From: a virus
Taxonomy: Duplodnaviria > Caudoviricetes
DNA length: 64,000 nucleotides
IMG/VR virus record: IMGVR_UViG_2751186034_000001
Location: 9,246-73,245 of that record
Direction: 5' to 3' (one strand)
Within the stretch, counting starts at the first letter, position 1. Each line of letters begins with the position of its first letter. A model generated the notes under the pieces. That model saw only the letters and a list, made by a program, of their open reading frames with translations, ran no database searches and was not told the DNA's origin. The position numbers and the translations under genes were made by a program. This document shows positions 45,180 through 53,882 of this stretch, in pieces.

Positions 45180-45374
45180 TTCGAGCCCGACTTGTTGTCT
45201 CCGCCCTTCCTTGACCGCTTTCTAACTTGGTCTACGATCAAATAGTCGAGCTGCAAGTCCCCCTCCGTGCTCGACCTTAGCTCGCATATGCGAGCTTTTT
45301 TGTTTGCTTCCCGATTTGCGACAAAGGATCGAGCTCTACGGCGGTAACGACGGATGAGCGAGCCACTAGGGTGT

Positions 45375-45596
45375 TTAAGGGCCCACGTCATTCTCGCTAC
45401 CTTCCCCCACCAAAATTATGGACGCGTCACGAACAAGGTGACGCCACTCGGCAGGGCTGATGATGCCTGCTTGCTCTAAAGAATCAGCCATCTGGAGGAG
45501 CAGATCGTAAAGCTCTTCGGGGTCGATGTAGAGCTTTGGTTCTTCGAGCATGCGGTGCCAAGTGGCCAGCGCAATTACTTTACTGTCTTTGCTCAT
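45375..45596 (-). CDS. Small hypothetical protein (paralog family member)
   Basis: 73 aa from MSKDSK; W...DPEELY..L.QMADSL...I..AEW..LV.DA. Confidence 0.65.
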   Translation of the reverse strand: MSKDSKVIALATWHRMLEEPKLYIDPEELYDLLLQMADSLEQAGIISPAEWRHLVRDASIILVGEGSENDVGP

Positions 45597-45716
45597 AACG
45601 ACACGCCGAGTATTTTTTATTGGGTTAGCCAAGCTTCGTCTTTCTAGCCGCGGCAGCTCTAATAGTAGCTGTTCGCCACGAATGGTAAAGTGCGGGCTCA
45701 ATTAAGGAGGGAACAA

Positions 45717-46292
45717 ATGAAGGGATTTGGAACGTTCGCACTGATCGTCGGGATATGCTGGCTGGTCTTCGCGCTGAGCATGGATGTATCCGTGGCAACC
45801 GGTGCCGGCGGCCGAGTGAACAACATGGGGCTGATGGCCGACCGGCAGATCCATACGATTGTCGGCGGCATGATCGCGCTCGCCGGCCTGCTCATGGTTT
45901 TGCTGGGCGGCAAAGGCTCCCGTACTGCCACCCAGGTAGAGAAAGATACTCGCTCCTGCCCTATGTGTGCCGAGAGCATCAAGAATGCTGCGGTCAAGTG
46001 CAAGCACTGCGGCGCCGATATTGAGCCAGTAGCAGCCCCGCGCCCTAAAAATGGATGGGTTGCATCAACTGCCTGCCGTGACGAAGAAGAACAGCAGCGA
46101 ACCATTGAGGCAATTGCCAGCACCGGACTTCCGGTTGTTCCAATGATCGGTCTGGCAGTGGGTGCCGGCCCATTTGAAACGAAAGAAGAGGCAAAACAGG
46201 CCCTGGTCACTATGCGTGATGGCCCCAGGTTGTTCAGCGAGATCGTCTACAGAGACTCGGTGAGCGGCAAGTACCCACCGATTACAGACTGA
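45717..46292 (+). CDS. Two-TM, zinc ribbon and SPOR-like domain protein
   Basis: AGGAGG RBS; two TMs; CPMC...CKHC; VGAGPFETKEEAKQAL. Confidence 0.65.
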   Translation: MKGFGTFALIVGICWLVFALSMDVSVATGAGGRVNNMGLMADRQIHTIVGGMIALAGLLMVLLGGKGSRTATQVEKDTRSCPMCAESIKNAAVKCKHCGADIEPVAAPRPKNGWVASTACRDEEEQQRTIEAIASTGLPVVPMIGLAVGAGPFETKEEAKQALVTMRDGPRLFSEIVYRDSVSGKYPPITD

Positions 46293-46309
46293 CCAACCAT
46301 TTTTTAGTG

Positions 46310-46333
46310 AGCCCGCCAAGCGCGGGCTTTTTC
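46310..46333. terminator. Terminator between convergent genes (related linker hairpin)
   Basis: AGCCCGC-CAAGC-GCGGGCTTTTT. Confidence 0.75.
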
Positions 46334-46340
46334 TTGTCAG

Positions 46341-46652
46341 TCAGAAAGGCGCCGCCTCCTCTTCCAGCTCGAACGCGACATCTCCCCTCTCCGCTACCTC
46401 GACGTCCTGTTGTTCCCACCTCACCGTCACACTGCCGTCGTCATTGAGCGTCAGCTCCAGTTCGTCCGTATCGGCGATTACGCTCAGCACCTCCTCCCAC
46501 TCGCGGTCTCCATCCGTGTCCAGGCGGTGAATAGTCACCCAGCGCTGCGCCTGCGCGACCGGGTGATTGATCATCGACGAAACCCTCAGCCCAAGGCGCT
46601 CCATCCCGTTCATCTCCTGCCTCGCTACCGATGCCGCCTGCTTCTTCGCCAT
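46341..46652 (-). CDS. DUF1654-family protein
   Basis: ERLGLRVSSMINHP.AQ.QRWVTIHRLD.D.DREWEEVL...LTLNDDGSVTVRW. Confidence 0.8.
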   Translation of the reverse strand: MAKKQAASVARQEMNGMERLGLRVSSMINHPVAQAQRWVTIHRLDTDGDREWEEVLSVIADTDELELTLNDDGSVTVRWEQQDVEVAERGDVAFELEEEAAPF

Positions 46653-46674
46653 GGAATCATCTCTCGATTAAATA

Positions 46675-46690
46675 CTGTATATGCGTACAG
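46675..46690. promoter_or_regulatory. LexA (SOS) box upstream of DUF1654
   Basis: CTGTATATGCGTACAG. Confidence 0.85.
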
Positions 46691-46764
46691 TTATGGCGCG
46701 AGCATAGCGAACCGTTGGTTCAACGTAAATCCCATTTCGTCCGCCGTTTTTCCTTCCTTCGAAA

Positions 46765-46824
46765 GTGAACCAGAAAATTATGTACTTTTGGTACTTGACT
46801 GAATGTGAACCTGTAGTTCATATT
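46765..46824 (+). promoter_or_regulatory. OL operators and PL promoter
   Basis: ATGTAC-N5-GTACTT (46780) and GTGAAC-N5-GTTCAT (46805); TTGACT at 46795 with CATATT about 18 nt downstream. Confidence 0.7.
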
Positions 46825-46874
46825 TAACCCATCGCAGCGACTTACGAGGGACTGCGAAGGGCCTCACAGCTCGC

Positions 46875-46886
46875 CGCTCTTTAACA
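46875..46886 (+). promoter_or_regulatory. boxA (nut-like) element
   Basis: CGCTCTTTAACA, consensus boxA, shortly after PL. Confidence 0.75.
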
Positions 46887-47147
46887 GTTCAAGACCTTCG
46901 CAGATCGATCCCCGGCAACGGGCACAGCGCGAACAATAAATTCGATCTCCACGCCAGCTCTGGAACTGGCCGTGCTCACCAGATGTGAGTACGCGAAACC
47001 ACGCAAGCCAGCCAGGAAGAACACCGGACACGAAATGTGTGACCTGGCCAGAGATATGAATCCGGCGATGCGCGTGGTGGAGACAACAGATTTCCTCGAT
47101 GACCTTGGCGACAGGGTCATCCGGAAAATCAAACGGAGAATAAAGCG

Positions 47148-47333
47148 ATGAGCAATCAATTCGATGTGAAGGTGAAGTCGAGCCACGAAGCCTACGTCGT
47201 CACTTGCAAAGACGCAGGAGAACGCAACTCCGTAACAACAGAGTGCGTTCGGGATGGTCATGAGCACCAGCCTGCGACCGAAGCCGACCAATCGCTCCAG
47301 CGTGTTGATTATTTGGACTGGAATCCAGCATGA
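47148..47333 (+). CDS. Early hypothetical protein
   Basis: 61 aa with GGAG RBS, coupled to the next ORF. Confidence 0.45.
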   Translation: MSNQFDVKVKSSHEAYVVTCKDAGERNSVTTECVRDGHEHQPATEADQSLQRVDYLDWNPA

Positions 47334-47503
47334 GCAGATCGCCGGCAGTAGCCATCAACAGCCGATGGGTTGGCAGCAAAGGCCGAGTCGTCGTGGTGCT
47401 GGAGCGAAAGCCATTCGGAATCCTTGAGTACCAGATCGAGGGTCGAGCAATCTTCGGTAGCAGTAAGCAGGCCGACTTCCTGCGCAACTTCAAACCAGCA
47501 TGA
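47330..47503 (+). CDS. 57-aa early protein
   Basis: Manual translation MSRSPAVAINSRWVGSKGRVVVVLERKPFGILEYQIEG...; ATGA overlap. Confidence 0.55.
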   Translation: MSRSPAVAINSRWVGSKGRVVVVLERKPFGILEYQIEGRAIFGSSKQADFLRNFKPA

Positions 47504-47564
47504 CCGCATATTCCTGATGCCGCTTCTATGAGGCGGCATTGGAAATCCAATGGAGGGCAAGACG

Positions 47565-47753
47565 ATGACCGATGCAGCAGCAACGCAAACGAAGTGCACG
47601 TACTGCGGTAAGCCAGCCGAAAAGGTGGTGCGCCGCAACATTCACGACCGCACCCGCGACCCATACACCAATCGGCAGGTGCTTCGCACTCGAGAGTTGT
47701 CGTTTTGCAGCGCCGAGCATGCAAGCAACTACCAAATGGGCTGCGAAGGCTGA
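47565..47753 (+). CDS. Small zinc-binding protein (CxxC...FCS..H)
   Basis: CTYC and FCSAEH; GGAGG RBS. Confidence 0.6.
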   Translation: MTDAAATQTKCTYCGKPAEKVVRRNIHDRTRDPYTNRQVLRTRELSFCSAEHASNYQMGCEG

Positions 47754-47817
47754 CGGACCTTTTCACTGATGCCCATCCAGAGCGGTGGGCATTGGGAAAA
47801 CAACCCGGAGCATGACC

Positions 47818-48015
47818 ATGAACAAAGTCATCCACATCACTCTGCGCGGCGAACTTCAGGTATTTGCCGATAAGAGCCTGGCCGCCTGTATCAGCGAGGC
47901 AAACAGGCTCAACGCTGAGCGTGGATTCACCAGTGGCGTGCGCGTTGTTGAGTGCGAAGACGGACATCGAATGACGGCCGCCGATTGCAAGTCTTACTTA
48001 GATATTCCCGTCTAG
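47818..48015 (+). CDS. Early hypothetical protein
   Basis: MNKVIHITLRGELQVF; GGAG RBS. Confidence 0.6.
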   Translation: MNKVIHITLRGELQVFADKSLAACISEANRLNAERGFTSGVRVVECEDGHRMTAADCKSYLDIPV

Positions 48016-48375
48016 GGAGTAGATAAGCGGGGCGGTGATCGTAATTGGGCCGTCTTTCATTAAGTCGGCTGGTGGTTTTGGCAGTGGCTGGGCGCGACGG
48101 ATTAACTCTAGAGTGGCCGCGTCCAAGTCCACATTTCCTGAACTTTGTACCAGCTCATAAGAAACGACATTTCCGTCGCCATCTATCGTAAAGCGCAGTT
48201 GGTTTGTCCCTTCAATCCCGGCCAATTGCGAGGCGATCGGGTAATTCTTGAATTTATTCAAATGCGCCACGAGCCCGGCGCTCAGTGTCTTTTCTTGTTC
48301 GGCAGTGGAGGAGCAACCAGAGATTACGCCGAGAAAAACAAAGGCAAAAATAGTGGTTAGAAAAAATCTGAACAT
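47998..48375 (-). CDS. TonB C-terminal domain lipoprotein (antisense moron)
   Basis: Lipobox ISGC, then YPIASQLAGIEG...RFTIDGDGNV...VQSSGNVDLDAATLELIRRAQPLP. Confidence 0.85.
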   Translation of the reverse strand: MFRFFLTTIFAFVFLGVISGCSSTAEQEKTLSAGLVAHLNKFKNYPIASQLAGIEGTNQLRFTIDGDGNVVSYELVQSSGNVDLDAATLELIRRAQPLPKPPADLMKDGPITITAPLIYSLDGNI

Positions 48376-48594
48376 TCAAAGTCTCGCTATTTGGCGGTGC
48401 GATTCTCGCACATGGCTGTTTTTAGCCTATCAGCTCACTCAACTGTCCAGCAATAAAAGCGCCGCTTCAACGAAGTTGGATGACCTGTCCTCCCTTCCCC
48501 GCCTCTATTACGTCAGCACTCCTCCCCCGCGCCCATCGGCAACCAGCGGGAGGAATGAGTGTTGACGAATACAGGTGAACCAAAGGAGCGAGAC

Positions 48595-48801
48595 ATGAAC
48601 TTCCAACCGCCAGATCCGCCCGATTATGGCCACTGCCTGACCTGCAATCGGGTCATCCATGTGGACGAAAAGCGAGGCGATAACTGCATCGAGTGTGACG
48701 ACCAAGGAGGGAGCGACGGCGCCGATGAAAACGGGGTTCGCCCCGCTGTTTCTGAGGACGGCGCCTACCGCTTCAACCCGTGGACCGGCCAGCACGAATA
48801 G
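48595..48801 (+). CDS. Small Cys-motif protein
   Basis: CLTC...CIEC; AGGAG RBS. Confidence 0.45.
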   Translation: MNFQPPDPPDYGHCLTCNRVIHVDEKRGDNCIECDDQGGSDGADENGVRPAVSEDGAYRFNPWTGQHE

Positions 48802-48840
48802 TCCGCTCGTTCCGCCTAACCCCAAACACTGGAGGTCGCC

Positions 48841-49104
48841 ATGGCCGTCACTACCTCGCAGGCTGTCGTCTACAAGGGCGGCGGTCGGCGTTATCTCACG
48901 CTCAGGTCGGCTTGTGCTGCCGAGGCCCGGGCACTGCTCAAAACCCGCTGCGACTGCGAGTACATGGATTACGGCGGTTCAATTGGCGGCGAGTGGCTGA
49001 CCTGCTGGTATCACGAAGAAGAACGCAACGCCGTACTGATGCGGCGCCTGACCGGTGCGTATATGCGCCGCTACCGAGCGCAGAACGCGAGGATCAAGCC
49101 ATGA
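48841..49104 (+). CDS. Early hypothetical protein
   Basis: 87 aa with GGAGG RBS. Confidence 0.6.
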   Translation: MAVTTSQAVVYKGGGRRYLTLRSACAAEARALLKTRCDCEYMDYGGSIGGEWLTCWYHEEERNAVLMRRLTGAYMRRYRAQNARIKP

Positions 49105-49526
49105 ACGCAGCATTGAAGATTTGTCAGGCGATGTACGACGCCCAGTTGCCTCCACCAGTGAGCGAGTCGGCGGTGGAGATTGCCCGCAAGGAGTGGCTTT
49201 ACAACGCCACCGAGCAGTTGGTGCGGTTCCGTATGGATGTCAAGTTCCAGCGCCGTATGTGCCAACCACAGGGCGTGCGGGTGTCCCAGCTTGCCTTGGC
49301 GCTGGATGAGCACGTGAACAACCGGCTGGCGAACTGCGAGGTAACCTCACCGGCCCTGGGCTGGCTTCTGGTCACCACTGACGACAATCCCGACAAGAAC
49401 GCCATAGCCGAGCTACTCGGCCCCAGTGACCACCACTTCGGCAAGCTTGGCGAAATTGCAGAGGCTCTACTAAGGCCCCTCGCAGACGATGCACTGGCCG
49501 CCCAGGCCGAGGACGAAGAACTATGA
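49101..49526 (+). CDS. Early hypothetical protein
   Basis: 141 aa from MNAALK, coupled start. Confidence 0.6.
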   Translation: MNAALKICQAMYDAQLPPPVSESAVEIARKEWLYNATEQLVRFRMDVKFQRRMCQPQGVRVSQLALALDEHVNNRLANCEVTSPALGWLLVTTDDNPDKNAIAELLGPSDHHFGKLGEIAEALLRPLADDALAAQAEDEEL

Positions 49527-49738
49527 ATACCCCTACCACCCTCGCCCGCCTGTGCCTGGAAATCGCCAAGATGAAGAAGTCATGCACCCCGGTACCGGAC
49601 CGCACCTTTGTCATGGGCATGATCGAAATGGCCGAGTTCGCCGATCTGGTCGACTCCCCTACCGCAAACCGTTACCGCGATGCGTTGGACGCCAAGTTCG
49701 TCGAGCGTAATGCAGAACTCAAGAGGGCCGCAGCATGA
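49523..49738 (+). CDS. Early hypothetical protein
   Basis: 71 aa, coupled. Confidence 0.6.
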   Translation: MNTPTTLARLCLEIAKMKKSCTPVPDRTFVMGMIEMAEFADLVDSPTANRYRDALDAKFVERNAELKRAAA

Positions 49739-49929
49739 CTACCGCGCCGGTTAAATCGCTCGCAGAAGAGAATCTCGACGACATCGAGCGCCGCATTGCC
49801 ATCCTCGGCTTCGGCCTCCCCTTCAACGAGCTGATCGGCCGCAAGCGTGAAGACCTGGTACGGGATCTGCCACAGCGCCTGGCGCCAACCATGAAGGGTG
49901 GGCGGATTGCGGTGAGGGTTCGGCCATGA
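49735..49929 (+). CDS. Early hypothetical protein
   Basis: 64 aa, coupled. Confidence 0.6.
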   Translation: MTTAPVKSLAEENLDDIERRIAILGFGLPFNELIGRKREDLVRDLPQRLAPTMKGGRIAVRVRP

Positions 49930-50282
49930 ACCCGCGCATTGAAAAGAAGCTCAGCAAACGCCTTGTACAGCTGTATCCGCACTTATACGGACGCGCCTGG
50001 ATCGACGACGATCATTCGGAGCTGGCTTATGATGAAAACTCGAATGTTCGGCATTGTCCGAGCGTCGGCGGCGGGTACGACTCGTACACCGGGGACAGCG
50101 ACGAGGCCTACACAGTTTGGGCGTCCTGGCTGCATATTTGGCCTTGGCATGGTCCATTCGACGCATACCCGCACGACCACAAGCACGCGATGTTCCCCAA
50201 TACAGAAGGCTTCAGGCCGACCACGCGAAACCTGCTGAGGTTGGCCGCCCAGTGCGAAAAAGCCGAGCGGTTGAGTTCATGA
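49926..50282 (+). CDS. Early hypothetical protein
   Basis: 118 aa, coupled. Confidence 0.6.
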   Translation: MNPRIEKKLSKRLVQLYPHLYGRAWIDDDHSELAYDENSNVRHCPSVGGGYDSYTGDSDEAYTVWASWLHIWPWHGPFDAYPHDHKHAMFPNTEGFRPTTRNLLRLAAQCEKAERLSS

Positions 50283-50398
50283 CCACCCACCAGCGGCACC
50301 GGCGCCGCGCCATCCGCCCTCTGTCGGCCATCGTTGGCCTGACCTTCCTCACCATCGTTCTACTGGGCCCCGCTATCGGTGGCCTGATCACTCAATAA
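50279..50398 (+). CDS. 39-aa single-TM peptide
   Basis: MTTHQRHRRRAIRPLSAIVGLTFLTIVLLGPAIGGLITQ; coupled start. Confidence 0.55.
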   Translation: MTTHQRHRRRAIRPLSAIVGLTFLTIVLLGPAIGGLITQ

Positions 50399-50441
50399 AC
50401 AACACCTCTAATCGCTGCGAGCATCGCGGCAGGGAGTCACC

Positions 50442-51599
50442 GTGTCCGCACAACAGCAAGTAATCACCATCGACGACATCAGCGCCGACAATGCTCCGGC
50501 CATCTACGTGGCCGGCGGCCTGGGCCAGTTCTTCGAAGCGGTGAAAGCAGAAGTCACCGGAGAGGTGCCCGATCTGACCACTGTGAAAGGTCGCGCTCGC
50601 ATCGCCTCCTTGGCAGCAACGGTGAGCAAGTCCAAGGCTGCTGTCGAGAAGCCTGGTCGCGACTACCTCAAGCGCCTCAAGGAAATGCCAAAGGTCGTCG
50701 AGGCCGAGCTACGCGAGTTCGTCACCAAGATGGACAGCCTGCGCGATGCAACCCGCCAGCCCCTGACCGACTGGGAAAATGCCGAGCAGGTCCGCAAGGA
50801 CCGGCACGTCGACAACATCCAGGCCATCAAGGACATGGAAGTGTTTGGCGCCACGCCGACTGCAGCTGCAGTGGCGCAAGTGATTGTCCAGCTGGAAGCC
50901 ATCGAGCTTGGCGACTCCTGGGAAGAGTTCCTGCCAGAAGCAGCCCAGGCGAAAGACCGCACCCTCTCACTATTGCGCGCAATACATGCCGAGCGCACCC
51001 AGCACGAAGCCGAGCAGGCCGAACTCGTCCGGTTGCGCGCCGAAGCAGAAGCCCAGGCCCAGCGAGACCGTGACGCTGCTATCGCCCAGGCCGCCGCTGA
51101 TCAGGCCCGCCGTGAAGCAGCTGAGCGTGCTGAGACTGAGCGCTTGGCCGCCGCCCGCCGAGAACAGGATCTACTTGATCAGGCCGCCGCCGCACAGCGC
51201 GCCGCCGCTCAAGCCGTACTGGATGCCGAGGCCGCCGCCGAGCGCCAGCGCATGCGACTTGAACTACAGGCCGAGCAGGCCCGTGCAGCAGCGGCGCAGG
51301 CCGAGTCAAGCCGTCTGGCCGCCGAACAGCGCGCCGAGCAAGATCGTGCCGCCGCAGCGCAGCGCCAGGAGCAGGCAGTCGAGCAAGCACGCCAGAACGA
51401 ACTGGCACGCCAGGCCGCAGCCGTAGCGTTCGAACTGGAGCAGGCCCAGGCCCGCGAAGCTGATGAAGCGCATCGCCGCGCAATCAACCGTGCAGCCCTG
51501 GACGCCTTTATTGCTGGCGGCATGCCAGAAGAGTGCGCCAAGCAGGCCGTTAAGTTGATTGCCCAGCGCAAGATTCCAGCCGTATCCATTTCCTACTGA
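50442..51599 (+). CDS. Recombination-module coiled-coil protein
   Basis: 385 aa Ala/Gln/Glu-rich protein directly upstream of the annealase/exonuclease pair. Confidence 0.65.
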   Translation: MSAQQQVITIDDISADNAPAIYVAGGLGQFFEAVKAEVTGEVPDLTTVKGRARIASLAATVSKSKAAVEKPGRDYLKRLKEMPKVVEAELREFVTKMDSLRDATRQPLTDWENAEQVRKDRHVDNIQAIKDMEVFGATPTAAAVAQVIVQLEAIELGDSWEEFLPEAAQAKDRTLSLLRAIHAERTQHEAEQAELVRLRAEAEAQAQRDRDAAIAQAAADQARREAAERAETERLAAARREQDLLDQAAAAQRAAAQAVLDAEAAAERQRMRLELQAEQARAAAAQAESSRLAAEQRAEQDRAAAAQRQEQAVEQARQNELARQAAAVAFELEQAQAREADEAHRRAINRAALDAFIAGGMPEECAKQAVKLIAQRKIPAVSISY

Positions 51600-51606
51600 G
51601 GTCGCC

Positions 51607-52551
51607 ATGAGCCAAGCCGTCGCAACAATCACTCAGGACATCTACGGTGCGCGCAATCAGTTCGCCAACGTCCTGACCGACCGCTCGCTGAACTTCGAGC
51701 GCGAGGCTGAATTCGCCATTCAGGTGATCACCTCCAGCGAGTACGCCACCAAGATCGCCGTACAGAACCGGCAGTCAGTGGTCAACGCAATCACGAACAT
51801 CGCCGCCATCGGTATCAGCTTGAACCCTGCGAAGAAGCAGGCCTATCTGGTTCCTCGGGACGGCAAGATCTGCTTGGACATCAGCTATATCGGTCTGATG
51901 GACCTGGCCATGGCCACTGGCGCAATTCGCTGGGCCCAGGCCGAGCTGGTTTATACGGCTGACTCCTTCGCTCTCAACGGCTTCGACAAGCCGCCGACCC
52001 ACTCATACAACCCGTTCGCAAAGGATCGTGGCGAGGCTGTCGGCGTTTATGTGGTGGTCAAGACGGCAGACGGCGACTACCTCACCGAGACGATGAGCAT
52101 CGACGACGTGAACGCGATCCGTGACCGTTCAAGCGCTTGGAAAGCATGGATCAGCAAGAAGTCATCCTGCCCATGGGTTACCGACCCGGGTGAAATGGCA
52201 AAGAAAACCGTGGTGAAGCGCGGCTACAAGTATTGGCCGAAGACGGAGCGACTTGAGCAGGCCATCCATCACCTGAACACCGATGGCGGCGAAGGCCTCG
52301 CATCGATTCAAGGCTCGGCTCCAACCGACCCTGAGATGGTGAACGACTGGATTGATTTGGCTATGCGCGCCGGAAGTCTGGAGTCACTCGCCGAGGTTTA
52401 CCACAACGGCACGGCCGCGATGAAGCAAGCCAAAGATGCTGCTGGTCACGCCCGCTTTAAGGCGGAAGTGACCAAGCGCAGCGAAACCCTGAAAGCAGCA
52501 GCCGAGCCAATCGAAGGTGAAGCTGAGGAGGTGTTAGATGGAACAGCGTAG
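51607..52551 (+). CDS. RecT/Redbeta-family single-strand annealing protein
   Basis: GISLNPAKKQAYLVP, ISYIGL and EMAKKTVVKR motifs. Confidence 0.9.
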   Translation: MSQAVATITQDIYGARNQFANVLTDRSLNFEREAEFAIQVITSSEYATKIAVQNRQSVVNAITNIAAIGISLNPAKKQAYLVPRDGKICLDISYIGLMDLAMATGAIRWAQAELVYTADSFALNGFDKPPTHSYNPFAKDRGEAVGVYVVVKTADGDYLTETMSIDDVNAIRDRSSAWKAWISKKSSCPWVTDPGEMAKKTVVKRGYKYWPKTERLEQAIHHLNTDGGEGLASIQGSAPTDPEMVNDWIDLAMRAGSLESLAEVYHNGTAAMKQAKDAAGHARFKAEVTKRSETLKAAAEPIEGEAEEVLDGTA

Positions 52552-53170
52552 CGCTGAATGGTTTGCGGCAAGGCTGGGCAACGTCACGGCCAGCCGCGTC
52601 AAGGATGTGATGGCCAGCGGGCGCGGCGGCGCACCTTCTGCCACTCGCAAAAATTACATGATGGAGCTGCTCTGTGAGCGCCTGACCGGACAGCAAGGCG
52701 GTAGCGACCTTTCGCGCAACGCTGCAGTACAGCGCGGCGTCGAGCTTGAGCCGTTCGCCTGCATGGCCTACGAGGCTGATAAGGGTCTGATGGTGGAAGA
52801 GACCGGGCTTGTCATGCACCCCAAGATCCAGGGCTTCGGTGCATCACCAGATGGGCTTGCAGGTGATGATGGCGTTCTTGAAATCAAGTGCCCGAACACC
52901 GCAACCCACATCGCGACGATGCAGTCAGGCAAGCATGACCCTCAGTACGAATGGCAGATGCTGGCCCAGATGGCTTGCACCGGCCGCAAGTGGGCCGACT
53001 TCGTGAGCTACGACGACCGCTTGCCTGAAGAGCTTCAGTACGTTTGCTTCCGGTACGAGTTCGACTTCAAGCGAGCCCGCGAGATGGAATCCGAAATCAC
53101 GGCATTTCTGGAAGAGCTGGCCGACCTTGAGAAGGAAATGCGGGAGCGGATGAGGAGCAAAGCAGCATGA
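52538..53170 (+). CDS. YqaJ/lambda-type exonuclease
   Basis: EQRSAEWFAAR.G.VTAS, GASPDG and LEIKCP motifs. Confidence 0.95.
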   Translation: MEQRSAEWFAARLGNVTASRVKDVMASGRGGAPSATRKNYMMELLCERLTGQQGGSDLSRNAAVQRGVELEPFACMAYEADKGLMVEETGLVMHPKIQGFGASPDGLAGDDGVLEIKCPNTATHIATMQSGKHDPQYEWQMLAQMACTGRKWADFVSYDDRLPEELQYVCFRYEFDFKRAREMESEITAFLEELADLEKEMRERMRSKAA

Positions 53171-53415
53171 CCTACGTCAGCAACCACCTAAGCCTGGTAG
53201 AGCAGCACCGCCAGCACGCCGACTCAATATCGGAACGCACCGCGCAGTTCCTGGCTGCCGGCGGGAACGTCGCCCAGGTGCCAAGCCTGGCGGGCAATCC
53301 GATCCCTCCCAAGCGATCCGCGAAGATTGATCCCGAAACCATCCTCAAGCGCCGAAAGCCAGCCATCACCAGGGCTGAGCGTAACGCGCTGCGCAAATTG
53401 GCGGAGGCATTATGA
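53167..53415 (+). CDS. Hypothetical phage protein
   Basis: 82 aa, coupled. Confidence 0.6.
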   Translation: MTYVSNHLSLVEQHRQHADSISERTAQFLAAGGNVAQVPSLAGNPIPPKRSAKIDPETILKRRKPAITRAERNALRKLAEAL

Positions 53416-53882
53416 GCAAGCGTAAGCCTCACAACCTGCAGGCGCGCATCGCCCGGTCGTGCCGGTCACTCCTGACATCCAACCATGTCGCGGTGGTGAA
53501 CATTGATCCCAGCGGCCGCCAGGGCATGATCAATTACAAGTCACTCAAGAACATTGCGCCGGGGAAGATCGGCCAGGCCGTGTGCGGCATCCCTCACCGC
53601 TGGACGATCTACATGAGCGCAATGTGCATTGACGCTCGCGGCGACCGCTACAGCAAGTCGGTGGAACTGGCACCGGACGGGGTTTACCTGTCCGACCACC
53701 TGGAAGACGTGATCGAGCATTGCTACATGAAGCTGCGCGCCGAGGCCAACCAAAGCCAGATGGTGGCCTCCGGCTGGATCGCCATCCCCGACACTCTGTC
53801 GCTGGACGAGGAACACGCCGCGCGAATCTTCGAAGCGGTCGGTGCTTGGCGCCAGGTGAAGGTCGATTCATGCGCCGCATAG
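53412..53882 (+). CDS. Hypothetical phage protein
   Basis: 156 aa, coupled. Confidence 0.6.
   Translation: MSKRKPHNLQARIARSCRSLLTSNHVAVVNIDPSGRQGMINYKSLKNIAPGKIGQAVCGIPHRWTIYMSAMCIDARGDRYSKSVELAPDGVYLSDHLEDVIEHCYMKLRAEANQSQMVASGWIAIPDTLSLDEEHAARIFEAVGAWRQVKVDSCAA

Noticed and set aside
46881-47967. Minus-strand ORFs of 136 and 255 aa in the PL region
   Set aside because: They oppose PL and overlap coupled plus-strand ORFs that have RBSs.
50442-51599. TolA-like call for the Ala-rich protein
   Set aside because: No TM anchor; the similarity is compositional, and the context is the recombination module.
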